Source: an uncultured Alphaproteobacteria bacterium
Lineage (GTDB): Bacteria > Pseudomonadota > Alphaproteobacteria > RF32 > CAG-239
Direction: 5' to 3'
Length of the DNA stretch: 64,000 nucleotides
Assembly: GCA_944390275.1 (NCBI GenBank)
Contig: CALXPL010000003.1
Coordinates: 18,373-82,372 of the forward strand
The notes beneath the pieces were generated by a model. It made no database searches. It was not told the origin of the DNA and worked only from the letters and a program-made list of their open reading frames with translations. Below, piece by piece: positions 1 through 8,485 of the stretch (within the stretch, counting starts at the first letter, position 1; each line of letters opens with the position of its first letter). A program made the translations under genes and the position numbers.

Positions 1-1
1 A

Positions 2-496
2 ACATCGGTTGTTGAAGCTGATATTGCAAAAGTCAAAGAAGGGCAAAGCGTTGAATTCAGCGTCGATAGTTATCCCGATGAAAAGTTTTTTGGTATTGTT
101 ACTCAAGTTCGTAACGAAGCAATTACAACGTCAAATGTTGTTACCTATGAAGTTATTATCGAAATTGATAATAAAGAACTTAAATTGAAGCCCGGTATGA
201 CTGCAAATGTCGAAATAATTACAGCAGAAGAAAAAGGTGTATTGTTGGTGCCTAATAAAGCCTTACGTTTCTTTATTGAGGAAGAAGACGGGACAACAAA
301 ACGTTATAAAGATAAAGGTTTGTGGATATTGAAAAGCGGCGTCCCCGTTCGTGTCTCTATTACAACAGGCGTTTCTGATGAAGATAATACCGAAGTTGCC
401 TCGGAATTACTTAATGAACATGTTGAAGTTATTATTGATGAAAAGGGACGTTATTCCTCTCAACAAGGTAATACTCGCTTAAGGATGCCTCGCTAA
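2..496 (+). CDS. HlyD/MacA-family periplasmic adaptor subunit of a tripartite efflux pump, C-terminal fragment. The 5' end lies outside the window.
   Basis: The open frame runs from position 2 (TSVVEADIAKVKEGQSVEFSVDSYPDEKFFGIVTQVRNEA...). The beta-barrel/MP-proximal domain is typical of MacA/HlyD adaptors. Its stop overlaps the start of the ABC ATPase (TAATG at 494-498). Confidence 0.7.
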   Translation, partial: TSVVEADIAKVKEGQSVEFSVDSYPDEKFFGIVTQVRNEAITTSNVVTYEVIIEIDNKELKLKPGMTANVEIITAEEKGVLLVPNKALRFFIEEEDGTTKRYKDKGLWILKSGVPVRVSITTGVSDEDNTEVASELLNEHVEVIIDEKGRYSSQQGNTRLRMPR

Positions 497-1203
497 TGCC
501 TTTGATAGATGTGAAAAATCTTAAAAAAAGCTATCTTGTCGGTGATATGAATCTTAATATTCTTAAAGGTATTGATATTACTATCGAAAACGGTGAGTTT
601 GTCGCTATTATGGGACCATCAGGATCGGGAAAATCAACCTTTATGAATATTCTTGGTTGTCTTGATAAACCTTCATCCGGAAAATATTTTCTTGATGGTA
701 CCGATATCGGAAAACTCTCTTCAGATAAACTTGCCGAAATTCGTAATCGTAAAATCGGTTTCGTTTTTCAGGGTTTTAATCTTCTTTCTCGAACATCAGC
801 AATCGAAAATGTTGAATTACCGATGATTTATGCCGGCGTTCCCGCCGATGAACGTTTTAATCGCGCTAAGAAGGCTTTGGAAAAGGTTGGCTTACGCGAA
901 AGAATGGATCATCAACCAAATCAACTTTCAGGAGGTCAACAACAACGCGTCGCTATTGCGCGTGCCATTGTGAATGAAGCTCCGATTATTTTTGCCGATG
1001 AGCCGACGGGTAATCTTGATACGAAAATGAGTGTCGAAATTATGAAACTGTTTCTTAAACTTAATGAAGAAATGGGAAGAACAATTATTTTAGTAACTCA
1101 TGAAGAAGATATTGCGCGTTATGCCAAAAGAGTTATTCGCATCGTTGATGGTGAAATTCATTCTGATGATAAAGTTTTAGACAGATTAACGGGGGCGGAA
1201 TGA
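496..1203 (+). CDS. ABC transporter ATP-binding protein of the MacB/LolD type, encoded as a split ATPase.
   Basis: Walker A GPSGSGKST, ABC signature LSGGQQQRVAIARA, Walker B IIFADEPTGNLD. It is translationally coupled to the adaptor upstream and to the FtsX-type permease downstream (ATGA overlap at 1200-1203). Confidence 0.85.
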   Translation: MPLIDVKNLKKSYLVGDMNLNILKGIDITIENGEFVAIMGPSGSGKSTFMNILGCLDKPSSGKYFLDGTDIGKLSSDKLAEIRNRKIGFVFQGFNLLSRTSAIENVELPMIYAGVPADERFNRAKKALEKVGLRERMDHQPNQLSGGQQQRVAIARAIVNEAPIIFADEPTGNLDTKMSVEIMKLFLKLNEEMGRTIILVTHEEDIARYAKRVIRIVDGEIHSDDKVLDRLTGAE

Positions 1204-2429
1204 TTAATCTTAAAATGATAGGAAGTATCGCTTTTCGCGCTATTAAAGCCAATAAAATGCGTTCTATTTTAACCAGTCTTGGTATTATTATCGGGGTAGC
1301 TGCTGTTATCATTATGTTAGCTGTCGGAAACGGGGCTTCCATTTCAATTAAAAACGATATGAAATCTATGGGATCTAATCTCATCATTGTTCGTTCCGGT
1401 GTCGCAACTTCCAGCGGTTCTCGTGGAGGATATGGTTCTCAACCAACTATGAAAAAATCTGACGGAGATGAGATTCAAAAACGTATTCCCGCTATCAAAT
1501 TAGCCGCTCCTGTCTTAGAGGAAACAGCGCAAATCGTTTATGGTAATGCTAACTGGTCAACAAACGTTACCGGTACCGACAATCGTAATTTTCTAATTAA
1601 AGACTGGAATTTAGATTATGGTCGTCTTTTTTCTGAAGCTGATGTAAAAAATGCCGGAAAGGTTACCATTTTGGGGCAAACTGTTGTAAAAGAGTTGTTT
1701 GGTGATGTCGATCCTATTGGAAAAACTATTCGTATCAAAGGTTTTCCTTTTCAGGTAATCGGCGTGTTGGAAAGGAGAGGACAAAGTTCAAACGGTATGG
1801 ATCAAGACGATGCCGTTTTTATTCCGATTACAACGGCTCAGAAAAAAGTTATGGGTATAAAATTTCCGGATCAAGTTAAGTTTATAATGCTTCAAGCTGT
1901 TGATTCACAAAGTACTTATACGGCACAGGAGGACATTCGTTTGCTCTTACGTCAAAGACATAATTTAGGAGCAAATAAAGAAGATGACTTTGTCATTCGT
2001 AATCTTACGCAAATGATGGAAATGATGGAAAGTTCAACGCGCGTGATGACTATTCTTTTAGGTTCGATTGCCTCTATTTCTTTATTAGTCGGTGGTATCG
2101 GTATTATGAATATTATGCTTGTTTCGGTAACGGAAAGAACGCGTGAAATCGGTATTCGTATGGCTATTGGTGCTAAGTCGTGGGATATTCGTTGGCAGTT
2201 TCTTATGGAGGCTTTGGTTTTGTCCTTGATTGGAGGAATTGTTGGTGTATTGTTGGGTTTTATCGGTGTTGAACTTGTGGCTTATTTTACCTCTTTGACA
2301 CCCCAAGTTTCGCTGATTTATGTCCTTTTACCTTTTTCTTTTGCCGGTTTTGTCGGTTTGTTCTTTGGTTTTTATCCGGCTTATAAAGCATCATTACTCA
2401 ATCCGATTAACGCTTTGCGTTATGAATAA
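1200..2429 (+). CDS. FtsX/MacB-type ABC transporter permease.
   Basis: 409 aa. It has an N-terminal TM helix, a large periplasmic domain and a C-terminal 3-TM FtsX domain (LVGGIGIMNIMLVSVTERTREIGIRMAIGA). It forms an operon with the ATPase. Confidence 0.8.
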   Translation: MINLKMIGSIAFRAIKANKMRSILTSLGIIIGVAAVIIMLAVGNGASISIKNDMKSMGSNLIIVRSGVATSSGSRGGYGSQPTMKKSDGDEIQKRIPAIKLAAPVLEETAQIVYGNANWSTNVTGTDNRNFLIKDWNLDYGRLFSEADVKNAGKVTILGQTVVKELFGDVDPIGKTIRIKGFPFQVIGVLERRGQSSNGMDQDDAVFIPITTAQKKVMGIKFPDQVKFIMLQAVDSQSTYTAQEDIRLLLRQRHNLGANKEDDFVIRNLTQMMEMMESSTRVMTILLGSIASISLLVGGIGIMNIMLVSVTERTREIGIRMAIGAKSWDIRWQFLMEALVLSLIGGIVGVLLGFIGVELVAYFTSLTPQVSLIYVLLPFSFAGFVGLFFGFYPAYKASLLNPINALRYE

Positions 2430-2445
2430 GTTTTGTATGGGGAGT

Positions 2446-2482
2446 GCACCTTAGCCTTTAGGGGTGGTTAAGGTGCTTTTTT
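2446..2482 (+). terminator. Rho-independent terminator after the efflux operon.
   Basis: Hairpin gcacctta...taaggtgc followed by TTTTTT. Confidence 0.55.
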
Positions 2483-2611
2483 ATGTGTATAAATTGAAAT
2501 TATTAGATAAGTTTCTTTACAAAATGCAATTTTTGTTATTTATATCTTAATAATGGTTGTTATCCATTATTGATATTTTTAGCTGAATCAAAATAATATA
2601 AAGGATTGAAT

Positions 2612-2839
2612 ATGCTTTATGGTAAATTAAAATGGTTTGATGAGAAAAAAGGTTATGGTTTTATTACAAATGAGACGAGTGGCCGTGATGTTTTTGTTCA
2701 TGTTACACAATTTCAAAAAGCCGGAATAGGGAGGATTTGTGTCGGGCAAGATGTGTCGTATGATTTATATAATGATAAAGGGCGGATTGCTGCCGGAAAT
2801 CTGTCTTTAGTTTATGATTTAGGTGGAAAACATTATTGA
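2612..2839 (+). CDS. Cold-shock protein of the CspA family.
   Basis: MLYGKLKWFDEKKGYGFITNE...VFVHVTQF is the canonical cold-shock domain with RNP motifs. It is about 75 aa. Confidence 0.85.
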   Translation: MLYGKLKWFDEKKGYGFITNETSGRDVFVHVTQFQKAGIGRICVGQDVSYDLYNDKGRIAAGNLSLVYDLGGKHY

Positions 2840-2875
2840 TTTTACTATTTTGATTATAATTTCTAAAAAATATGC

Positions 2876-2904
2876 TTGACAAGTAATTTAAAACGGCGTA
2901 TGTA
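2876..2904 (+). promoter_or_regulatory. Putative sigma70 promoter for tRNA-fMet.
   Basis: TTGACA at 2876-2881, a 17-nt spacer and TATGTA at 2899-2904, about 26 nt upstream of the tRNA. Confidence 0.4.
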
Positions 2905-2930
2905 TTCCCTCGAGTTAAGATTTTATTTAT

Positions 2931-3007
<77 letters not shown>

Positions 3008-3016
3008 AGGAAAATA

Positions 3017-3050
3017 AAGGCTTTTGAGGAATCAAAAGCCTTTTTGTTTT
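3017..3050 (+). terminator. Rho-independent terminator after tRNA-fMet.
   Basis: aaaggcttttga ... tcaaaagccttt hairpin followed by a T-run. Confidence 0.6.
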
Positions 3051-3205
3051 ATCTTTTCTCTAAATGAGAAATTTTTTATTGATTTAATTTATAAAATAGA
3101 ATATGTCAGTTATTAAATATTCTATTATTAACTTTTTATTATAAACCGAGGAAGGGATTAGGAAACCCGTGCGCCTCTTGAAATAAAGACAAAATTAAAA
3201 GTATT

Positions 3206-3691
3206 ATGGAAATTTATTTTGTTATTTCGTTATTTTTGACATTTGTATTTGTTGGTTTGAGGTATCCTTTGTACCTTAGGACTTTACGCGATTACAAAAG
3301 TCTTTTATCTTCCGCTGAAACTTTTTGGCGTTTCAGAGATGATGAAAGCAGCACATCATTGGATTTTAAAAAAGAATTGCAGAATGAATATCAACATAAT
3401 TACAGAAAATGCGTGAGTTATACAAAACAATTTTTTTGGTTACCTATTCCAATTGTGTTTTTGTTTTTGAGTGGGTTTAATTATTTTCTAAAACCTGAAC
3501 TTATGTGGAATAATGTTGTATTTTATGTTGAATTGATTTTCTTGTGTTTTTTGGCTGTACCGGATATGTATTGTCATCTTTCTTACTATTCTGCACCGGT
3601 TGTTTGGATATGTAATGATTTTATTTTAAAAATTTCCCTGGTTCTTACATTAATTGTTTTATCTTTGAAAATTGTAGGTATTTTATTATAA
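3206..3691 (+). CDS. Hypothetical polytopic membrane protein (ORFan).
   Basis: 161 aa with several hydrophobic segments and no recognisable domain. Codon usage is ordinary. Confidence 0.4.
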   Translation: MEIYFVISLFLTFVFVGLRYPLYLRTLRDYKSLLSSAETFWRFRDDESSTSLDFKKELQNEYQHNYRKCVSYTKQFFWLPIPIVFLFLSGFNYFLKPELMWNNVVFYVELIFLCFLAVPDMYCHLSYYSAPVVWICNDFILKISLVLTLIVLSLKIVGILL

Positions 3692-3817
3692 ATGCTTCTT
3701 GAAACTAAAATTTCCTTTTAAAAAAGCTATGATTCTTTATCATAGCTTTTTCTTTTTTTACAATTGTTTTTACTTTTAGCATTTTTTTTGGTATTTTATA
3801 TTTAATATTTATGAGTT

Positions 3818-4804
3818 TTGCGAGCAATGCCAATGACTGAAAAAGACACTTATGATGTTGACGAAGAGCAAGAAATTTCTGCGATTATTTTTAATAAAGA
3901 ATTTTATACCGCTCACGGTGAAGGATTAAATGATGAAGATGCTCGCAAATATGCTCAACAAAAATCAAATGAAGCTCGACGTAAACACGCTCTTTTGTTT
4001 TTAAATAAACTTGAAAAAAAATTATCTGAATTATCAAATCAAGAAGTTGCTGATTTGTTGCGAGCTTTGATTGCTTCGGGGCTGCCTATCGAAACAGAAG
4101 AAGAGCTTGAGTTTTGGATACGGAAACTTGAACGGGAAAGTTTACATCGAATCGCTGTTTATTTTGTTTTGCGTAATGACAATAATGCAAAATCGTCTCG
4201 GCATAAACGGAAGTTTCAGAAAAATTTTGAGGATTTTACCGCTGATGATATTGCTGCTTTGGCTTCTATGATGACTTCTATAAATCAAATTTTTTTGAGA
4301 AAAGCACCAAAAGATAAAAATTCTGAAGAATATAAAAGATTTTTAGAGAGAAAAAAGTTTTTTAAACGCGTGGAAAAAATCTTACAACAAGATGCTCAAA
4401 AACGTAAAAAAGAAGAAAAACAATTACAAAATATTCCTCGAAACAAAAGAGAAGAGGTGGATTATTTAAGTCTTTTGAAAGAGAAAATGTTGAGAGAAGA
4501 TGTTTTGAGGGGTGGAAAGTATTGGAATGCGGTAATTGATGATTTTTCTGTTGCTCCGGACAAAGCTGAATTTGTTTCGTTATGGCAAAAAGATGAAATG
4601 CGTCAGCTCGCACTCGATTTTCCAGATAAAAATATGCAAGAGCAAATTCAGAAACTCCGTGGTATTGATAATTTTCAAGAAAGAACGGCTCAAGATACCA
4701 ATTCGTCTCAAAATAAGCAGAAATCTGATCAATCAAATGCTAACCAAAATAATGCAGCACAACAAGCGGCTCAAGCAAACGCCAATGCTTCTGCAGGTCG
4801 CTAA
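3818..4804 (+). CDS. Hypothetical K/E-rich soluble protein with a Q/N/A-rich C-terminal tail.
   Basis: 328-aa ORF with no signal peptide or TM. It has coiled-coil-like charged stretches and the tail ...QSNANQNNAAQQAAQANANASAGR. Confidence 0.45.
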   Translation: MRAMPMTEKDTYDVDEEQEISAIIFNKEFYTAHGEGLNDEDARKYAQQKSNEARRKHALLFLNKLEKKLSELSNQEVADLLRALIASGLPIETEEELEFWIRKLERESLHRIAVYFVLRNDNNAKSSRHKRKFQKNFEDFTADDIAALASMMTSINQIFLRKAPKDKNSEEYKRFLERKKFFKRVEKILQQDAQKRKKEEKQLQNIPRNKREEVDYLSLLKEKMLREDVLRGGKYWNAVIDDFSVAPDKAEFVSLWQKDEMRQLALDFPDKNMQEQIQKLRGIDNFQERTAQDTNSSQNKQKSDQSNANQNNAAQQAAQANANASAGR

Positions 4805-4845
4805 TTTTTTAGTCTATAATATTGACAAATATATGAAGAAATGTT

Positions 4846-5271
4846 ATGTTGTGCTTAATTCGCAAATTATTAAAATTATTAATTATGAAAAATTTTTTGA
4901 AAAACATTTTCCGCTTAACTACGGCGGAAGAACTCGAAAAAAAAGTAAAATCATTTTCTTATGAAGACGTAAACAATATTTTGCGTTGGAATAAGAAGTT
5001 GGTCAACCACATTTATTCTCATAGTGTAACGGAAAGTGATGAGGATAATGTTGGTTGGACGAGAACAACGTATTATACGCTTCTTGATATTGCCGATGAG
5101 CATATGAAGCGTTTGTTGCGTCATTGGGGCGGTAAAACCTTTTCGGAATTAGAAGAAGAAAAAGACGTTCTTCGTCGAAAAGAGGAGGAAGCTGCTCAAA
5201 AAGAAAAACTTGCTGCTGAAAACCGCAAAAAAAACGGCAAGGAAATTGTTGACCGTTTGTTAGGCTGTTAA
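4846..5271 (+). CDS. Hypothetical charged protein.
   Basis: 141-aa ORF. The start is uncertain; an alternative ATG lies at 4885. It has an E/K-rich C-terminus and is followed by a terminator. Confidence 0.35.
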   Translation: MLCLIRKLLKLLIMKNFLKNIFRLTTAEELEKKVKSFSYEDVNNILRWNKKLVNHIYSHSVTESDEDNVGWTRTTYYTLLDIADEHMKRLLRHWGGKTFSELEEEKDVLRRKEEEAAQKEKLAAENRKKNGKEIVDRLLGC

Positions 5272-5282
5272 AAATTATTGCG

Positions 5283-5312
5283 GGTCTCTCTTCGTGAGAG
5301 GCCTGTTTTTTT
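5283..5312 (+). terminator. Rho-independent terminator.
   Basis: ggtctctc ttcgt gagaggcc hairpin (8 bp including one G-U pair), followed by TGTTTTTTT. Confidence 0.6.
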
Positions 5313-5359
5313 ATGATTTTTTATTTAAGAAAAAAATATTCTTTTTTTTGTCTAGGGTG

Positions 5360-5388
5360 TTGACAAATGCAAAAAATTGTGCTAAATA
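5360..5388 (+). promoter_or_regulatory. Putative sigma70 promoter.
   Basis: TTGACA at 5360-5365, a 17-nt spacer and TAAATA at 5383-5388, upstream of the 5441 ORF. Confidence 0.45.
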
Positions 5389-5440
5389 GTGCGTAATTTT
5401 TTATTTATTATTAATATTATTCACTAAATTATTTTGCCTT

Positions 5441-5893
5441 ATGGAAAATTTTAATCTTTGGCTGACTATTGTCAGCGTTGTATTGGGAATTGTTGTTGTT
5501 GCTGCTGTTTGGGGTGGAATTTGGCTTTATAAACGCCATAAAAATACCCTTGAACAGGAAAAACAACTGAAAGACAAACTGTCAGAAATTGATCAGAATT
5601 TGTTGCTCCAAGGCGACAAAATCAACGACACGGATGCTTACAACAAGGCCATGGGCGTCTTGATACTTGAAGAGCAGAAAGTCTATCTTCAAGGAGTTGT
5701 AAATGTATTGAGCGGATTTATCCGCAAAAATCAATTGTTAGTGAAACACAATTTGATTCAGCCATCCGTTGGCGATTTGCGAAATGCGCAGTTATCTGTT
5801 CTGAAGACAAATCTCAAGGAGTACGCTAAGCAATTAGCGCAGGTTACAGAAACAGAAGAACCGCAGAAGATTGAGAACAAAGAAGAAAATTAA
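5441..5893 (+). CDS. Hypothetical membrane-anchored coiled-coil protein.
   Basis: An N-terminal TM helix (WLTIVSVVLGIVVVAAVWGGIWLY) is followed by a charged coiled-coil region. Confidence 0.4.
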   Translation: MENFNLWLTIVSVVLGIVVVAAVWGGIWLYKRHKNTLEQEKQLKDKLSEIDQNLLLQGDKINDTDAYNKAMGVLILEEQKVYLQGVVNVLSGFIRKNQLLVKHNLIQPSVGDLRNAQLSVLKTNLKEYAKQLAQVTETEEPQKIENKEEN

Positions 5894-5905
5894 CCTCTAA
5901 AATGA

Positions 5906-6370
5906 ATGATTATGGAAATGCTAAAAAACAACAAATTGGTGACCATGATTATTTTAGTGGTTATCATCCTTATACTTCTGACAGGTGGTTGGAAGTTGGT
6001 ACTTGGTGCGGTATTGATGGGAGGTGCTGTTTATTACTTCGGTGAAGAAAAAGTAAAAAAATTCTTTGTCGATAGCTATAAGAAAATCGTGTCTCTATTC
6101 CAAACGGCGGCAGCAGAACCCTTGGTTCAGTCTGTAACAATTTCCAATGTTTCTATCGTTCCGGCCGAGAACAGATTCCGCGTTATTGTGGTTGCCGGTC
6201 AAACTTCTTATTTGCTGTCTCCTCAAGAAAGTTCGGAAATTCCTGAAGTCTTGAAAAAAGGGAGAAAAGCAGAAGTGAAGAAACTTCTGAAATTGAAAAA
6301 AGATTCTCCTCAAAATCAGATGCTTCTGATTGCAGGTGGTCAAGAATTTGAAATCGATGCTATTTTATAA
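5906..6370 (+). CDS. Hypothetical membrane protein.
   Basis: Two N-terminal TM helices and a basic C-terminus. It overlaps no other gene. Confidence 0.4.
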   Translation: MIMEMLKNNKLVTMIILVVIILILLTGGWKLVLGAVLMGGAVYYFGEEKVKKFFVDSYKKIVSLFQTAAAEPLVQSVTISNVSIVPAENRFRVIVVAGQTSYLLSPQESSEIPEVLKKGRKAEVKKLLKLKKDSPQNQMLLIAGGQEFEIDAIL

Positions 6371-6388
6371 TAGTTTCGGTTTCTTCTT

Positions 6389-6426
6389 AAAAAAAACAGC
6401 TTGTATTAAAACAAGCTGTTTTTTTA
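6389..6426. terminator. Bidirectional rho-independent terminator.
   Basis: AAAAAAA acagcttgt attaaa acaagctgt TTTTTTT. It lies between convergent genes (5906 ORF on + and uvrB on -). Confidence 0.65.
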
Positions 6427-6484
6427 TTGCATGAAAATTAATGAGCGATTTGTGAATTTATTGTATGTAACAGAATTACGGCGG

Positions 6485-8485
6485 TTAGCTATGTTCTATG
6501 GCTAATTTTTCTAGGGCTTTTAATTTATCTCGATATATTACCGCTTCTTCAAATTCTAAATTCTCAGCGGCCTCTTTCATCTTTTTCGTGTATTCTTTAC
6601 GCTTCTTTTCAATATTCTTTATGTCGGTTATGTCTTCGGCTTTTAACTTATCTTCTTGCAGATAATCTGCTTCCGTCATCGCGGATAATGCTGAAGATAT
6701 GTTCTTCTTTATCGTTTTGGGTATAATCCCGTGCTCGCTGTTATATTTTAGTTGTTTGTCGCGGCGGCGTTGCGTTTCCTCTAATGCTGCTTGCATTGAG
6801 CCGGTTATTTTATCCGCATATAATATGACGCGACCTTCTGCGTTGCGGGCGGCTCGACCTATTGTTTGAATTAAGGAGCGGGGGGAACGTAAAAAGCCTT
6901 CTTTATCGGCATCTAAAATTGCTACTAAGGAGCATTCCGGTATGTCTAATCCTTCTCTTAATAAATTAATTCCAACTAAAACATCAAAATTTCCAAGTCT
7001 TAAATCGCGGATGATTTCTATTCTTTCCAGAGTATCAATATCCGAATGTAAGTAACGGACTTTGACACCGTTATCGTGTAAATATTCTGTTAAGTCTTCT
7101 GCCATTTTTTTGGTCAATGTCGTGACTAAAACCCTTTCCCCTTTGGCAGCGGTTTTACGGCATTCTTCCATTAAATCATCAATCTGATTTTCAACCGGTC
7201 GGACAAGGCATAACGGGTCGGGCAAACCTGTCGGTCGTATGACTTGTTCTGTGAAAACTCCTTGTGTCGATTCAAGTTCCCAATCTCCCGGTGTGGCTGA
7301 TACAAAAATACTTTGTCCGCGCATGGCATTCCATTCTTCAAATTTTAAAGGACGGTTATCAACACATGACGGTAATCGAAAACCATATTCTGCTAATGTC
7401 CCTTTGCGATTACGGTCGCCTCGATACATTCCGCCTATTTGCGGCAGCGATATGTGACTTTCGTCAACAAAAATTATGGCATTGGGAGGCAAATATTCAA
7501 ATAAGGTTGGAGGGGGATCTCCGGCTTTGCGTCCGGTCAAATATCGTGAATAGTTTTCTATGCCTTTGCAATGTCCTGTCGTTTCTAACATTTCCAGATC
7601 AAATCGTGTCCTTTGTTCCAGCCTTTGCGCTTCTAAATATTTGTTTTCTTGCTTGAAAATGTTTAATTGTTCTTCTAACTCTTTTCTTATACCTACCATG
7701 GCTTGTGATAATGCCGGACGCGGTGTTACATAATGGTTTGCCGGATAAACAACGATTTCATCTAAATCTTGTGTTTTCTTTCCTGTTAATGAGTCAAATT
7801 CACAAATGCTTTCTATCTCTTCTCCGAAAAATGAAATTCTCCAACCATGATCTTCGTAGTGGGCCGGAAAAATGTCTAATGTATCTCCGTTAACGCGAAA
7901 AGTTGAACGTACAAAATTTTGTTGATTCCTTTCATATTGTAGTTCTGCCAATCTTTTGTATATTTTGGTGGGTTCTATTTCATCGCCGACTTTTAAATCT
8001 ATGGTCATTGCAGCATAGGAATCTACATCGCCTAAACCATAAATGCAGGAAACCGAAGCGATGATTATGACATCGTTGCATTCCAAAATATTGCGTGTGG
8101 CCGCGTTTCTCATACGGTCTATTTGCTCATTTATGGCCGAATCTTTTTCTATGTAGGTATCTGTTTTCGGAACGTAGGCCTCCGGTTGATAATAATCATA
8201 ATAGGAGACAAAATATTCAACATGATTTTCCGGAAAAAATTCTTTCATTTCGGCATACAATTGGGCTGCCAGAATTTTATTCGGAGCCATAATTAGGGCA
8301 GGGCGCTGGCTTTCTTCTATTATCTTGGCCATGGTAAACGTTTTACCTGAACCCGTTACCCCTAACAGAACTTGGTTTTTTTCTCCTCTTTGTAATCCTT
8401 CGCATAATTCTTTTATGGCTTGCGGTTGATCTCCAGAGGCTTCAAACGGACTATGTATTTTAAATTTTTTTTGATGTATCGGCAT
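6485..8485 (-). CDS. uvrB: Excinuclease ABC subunit B (UvrB).
   Basis: 666 aa. Walker [10 protein letters not shown], a helicase motif set, and the C-terminal UvrB/UvrC interaction coiled coil ([14 protein letters not shown]). Its ATG directly abuts the stop of the upstream TPR gene (TAAATG). Confidence 0.95.
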   Translation of the reverse strand: MPIHQKKFKIHSPFEASGDQPQAIKELCEGLQRGEKNQVLLGVTGSGKTFTMAKIIEESQRPALIMAPNKILAAQLYAEMKEFFPENHVEYFVSYYDYYQPEAYVPKTDTYIEKDSAINEQIDRMRNAATRNILECNDVIIIASVSCIYGLGDVDSYAAMTIDLKVGDEIEPTKIYKRLAELQYERNQQNFVRSTFRVNGDTLDIFPAHYEDHGWRISFFGEEIESICEFDSLTGKKTQDLDEIVVYPANHYVTPRPALSQAMVGIRKELEEQLNIFKQENKYLEAQRLEQRTRFDLEMLETTGHCKGIENYSRYLTGRKAGDPPPTLFEYLPPNAIIFVDESHISLPQIGGMYRGDRNRKGTLAEYGFRLPSCVDNRPLKFEEWNAMRGQSIFVSATPGDWELESTQGVFTEQVIRPTGLPDPLCLVRPVENQIDDLMEECRKTAAKGERVLVTTLTKKMAEDLTEYLHDNGVKVRYLHSDIDTLERIEIIRDLRLGNFDVLVGINLLREGLDIPECSLVAILDADKEGFLRSPRSLIQTIGRAARNAEGRVILYADKITGSMQAALEETQRRRDKQLKYNSEHGIIPKTIKKNISSALSAMTEADYLQEDKLKAEDITDIKNIEKKRKEYTKKMKEAAENLEFEEAVIYRDKLKALEKLAIEHS

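Noticed and set aside
4071-4964. ORFs overlapping the 3818..4804 gene (4071..4271, 4362..4736 - and 4536..4964)
   Set aside because: They are shorter, have no RBS and are Leu/Ile/Phe-rich out-of-frame products of the same AT-rich stretch. The 328-aa frame is the coherent one.
7239-8292. Antisense ORFs inside uvrB (7239..7457, 7264..7656, 7705..7893 and 8095..8292)
   Set aside because: They lie entirely within and opposite the highly conserved uvrB coding sequence. Their composition is low-complexity and there is no RBS.
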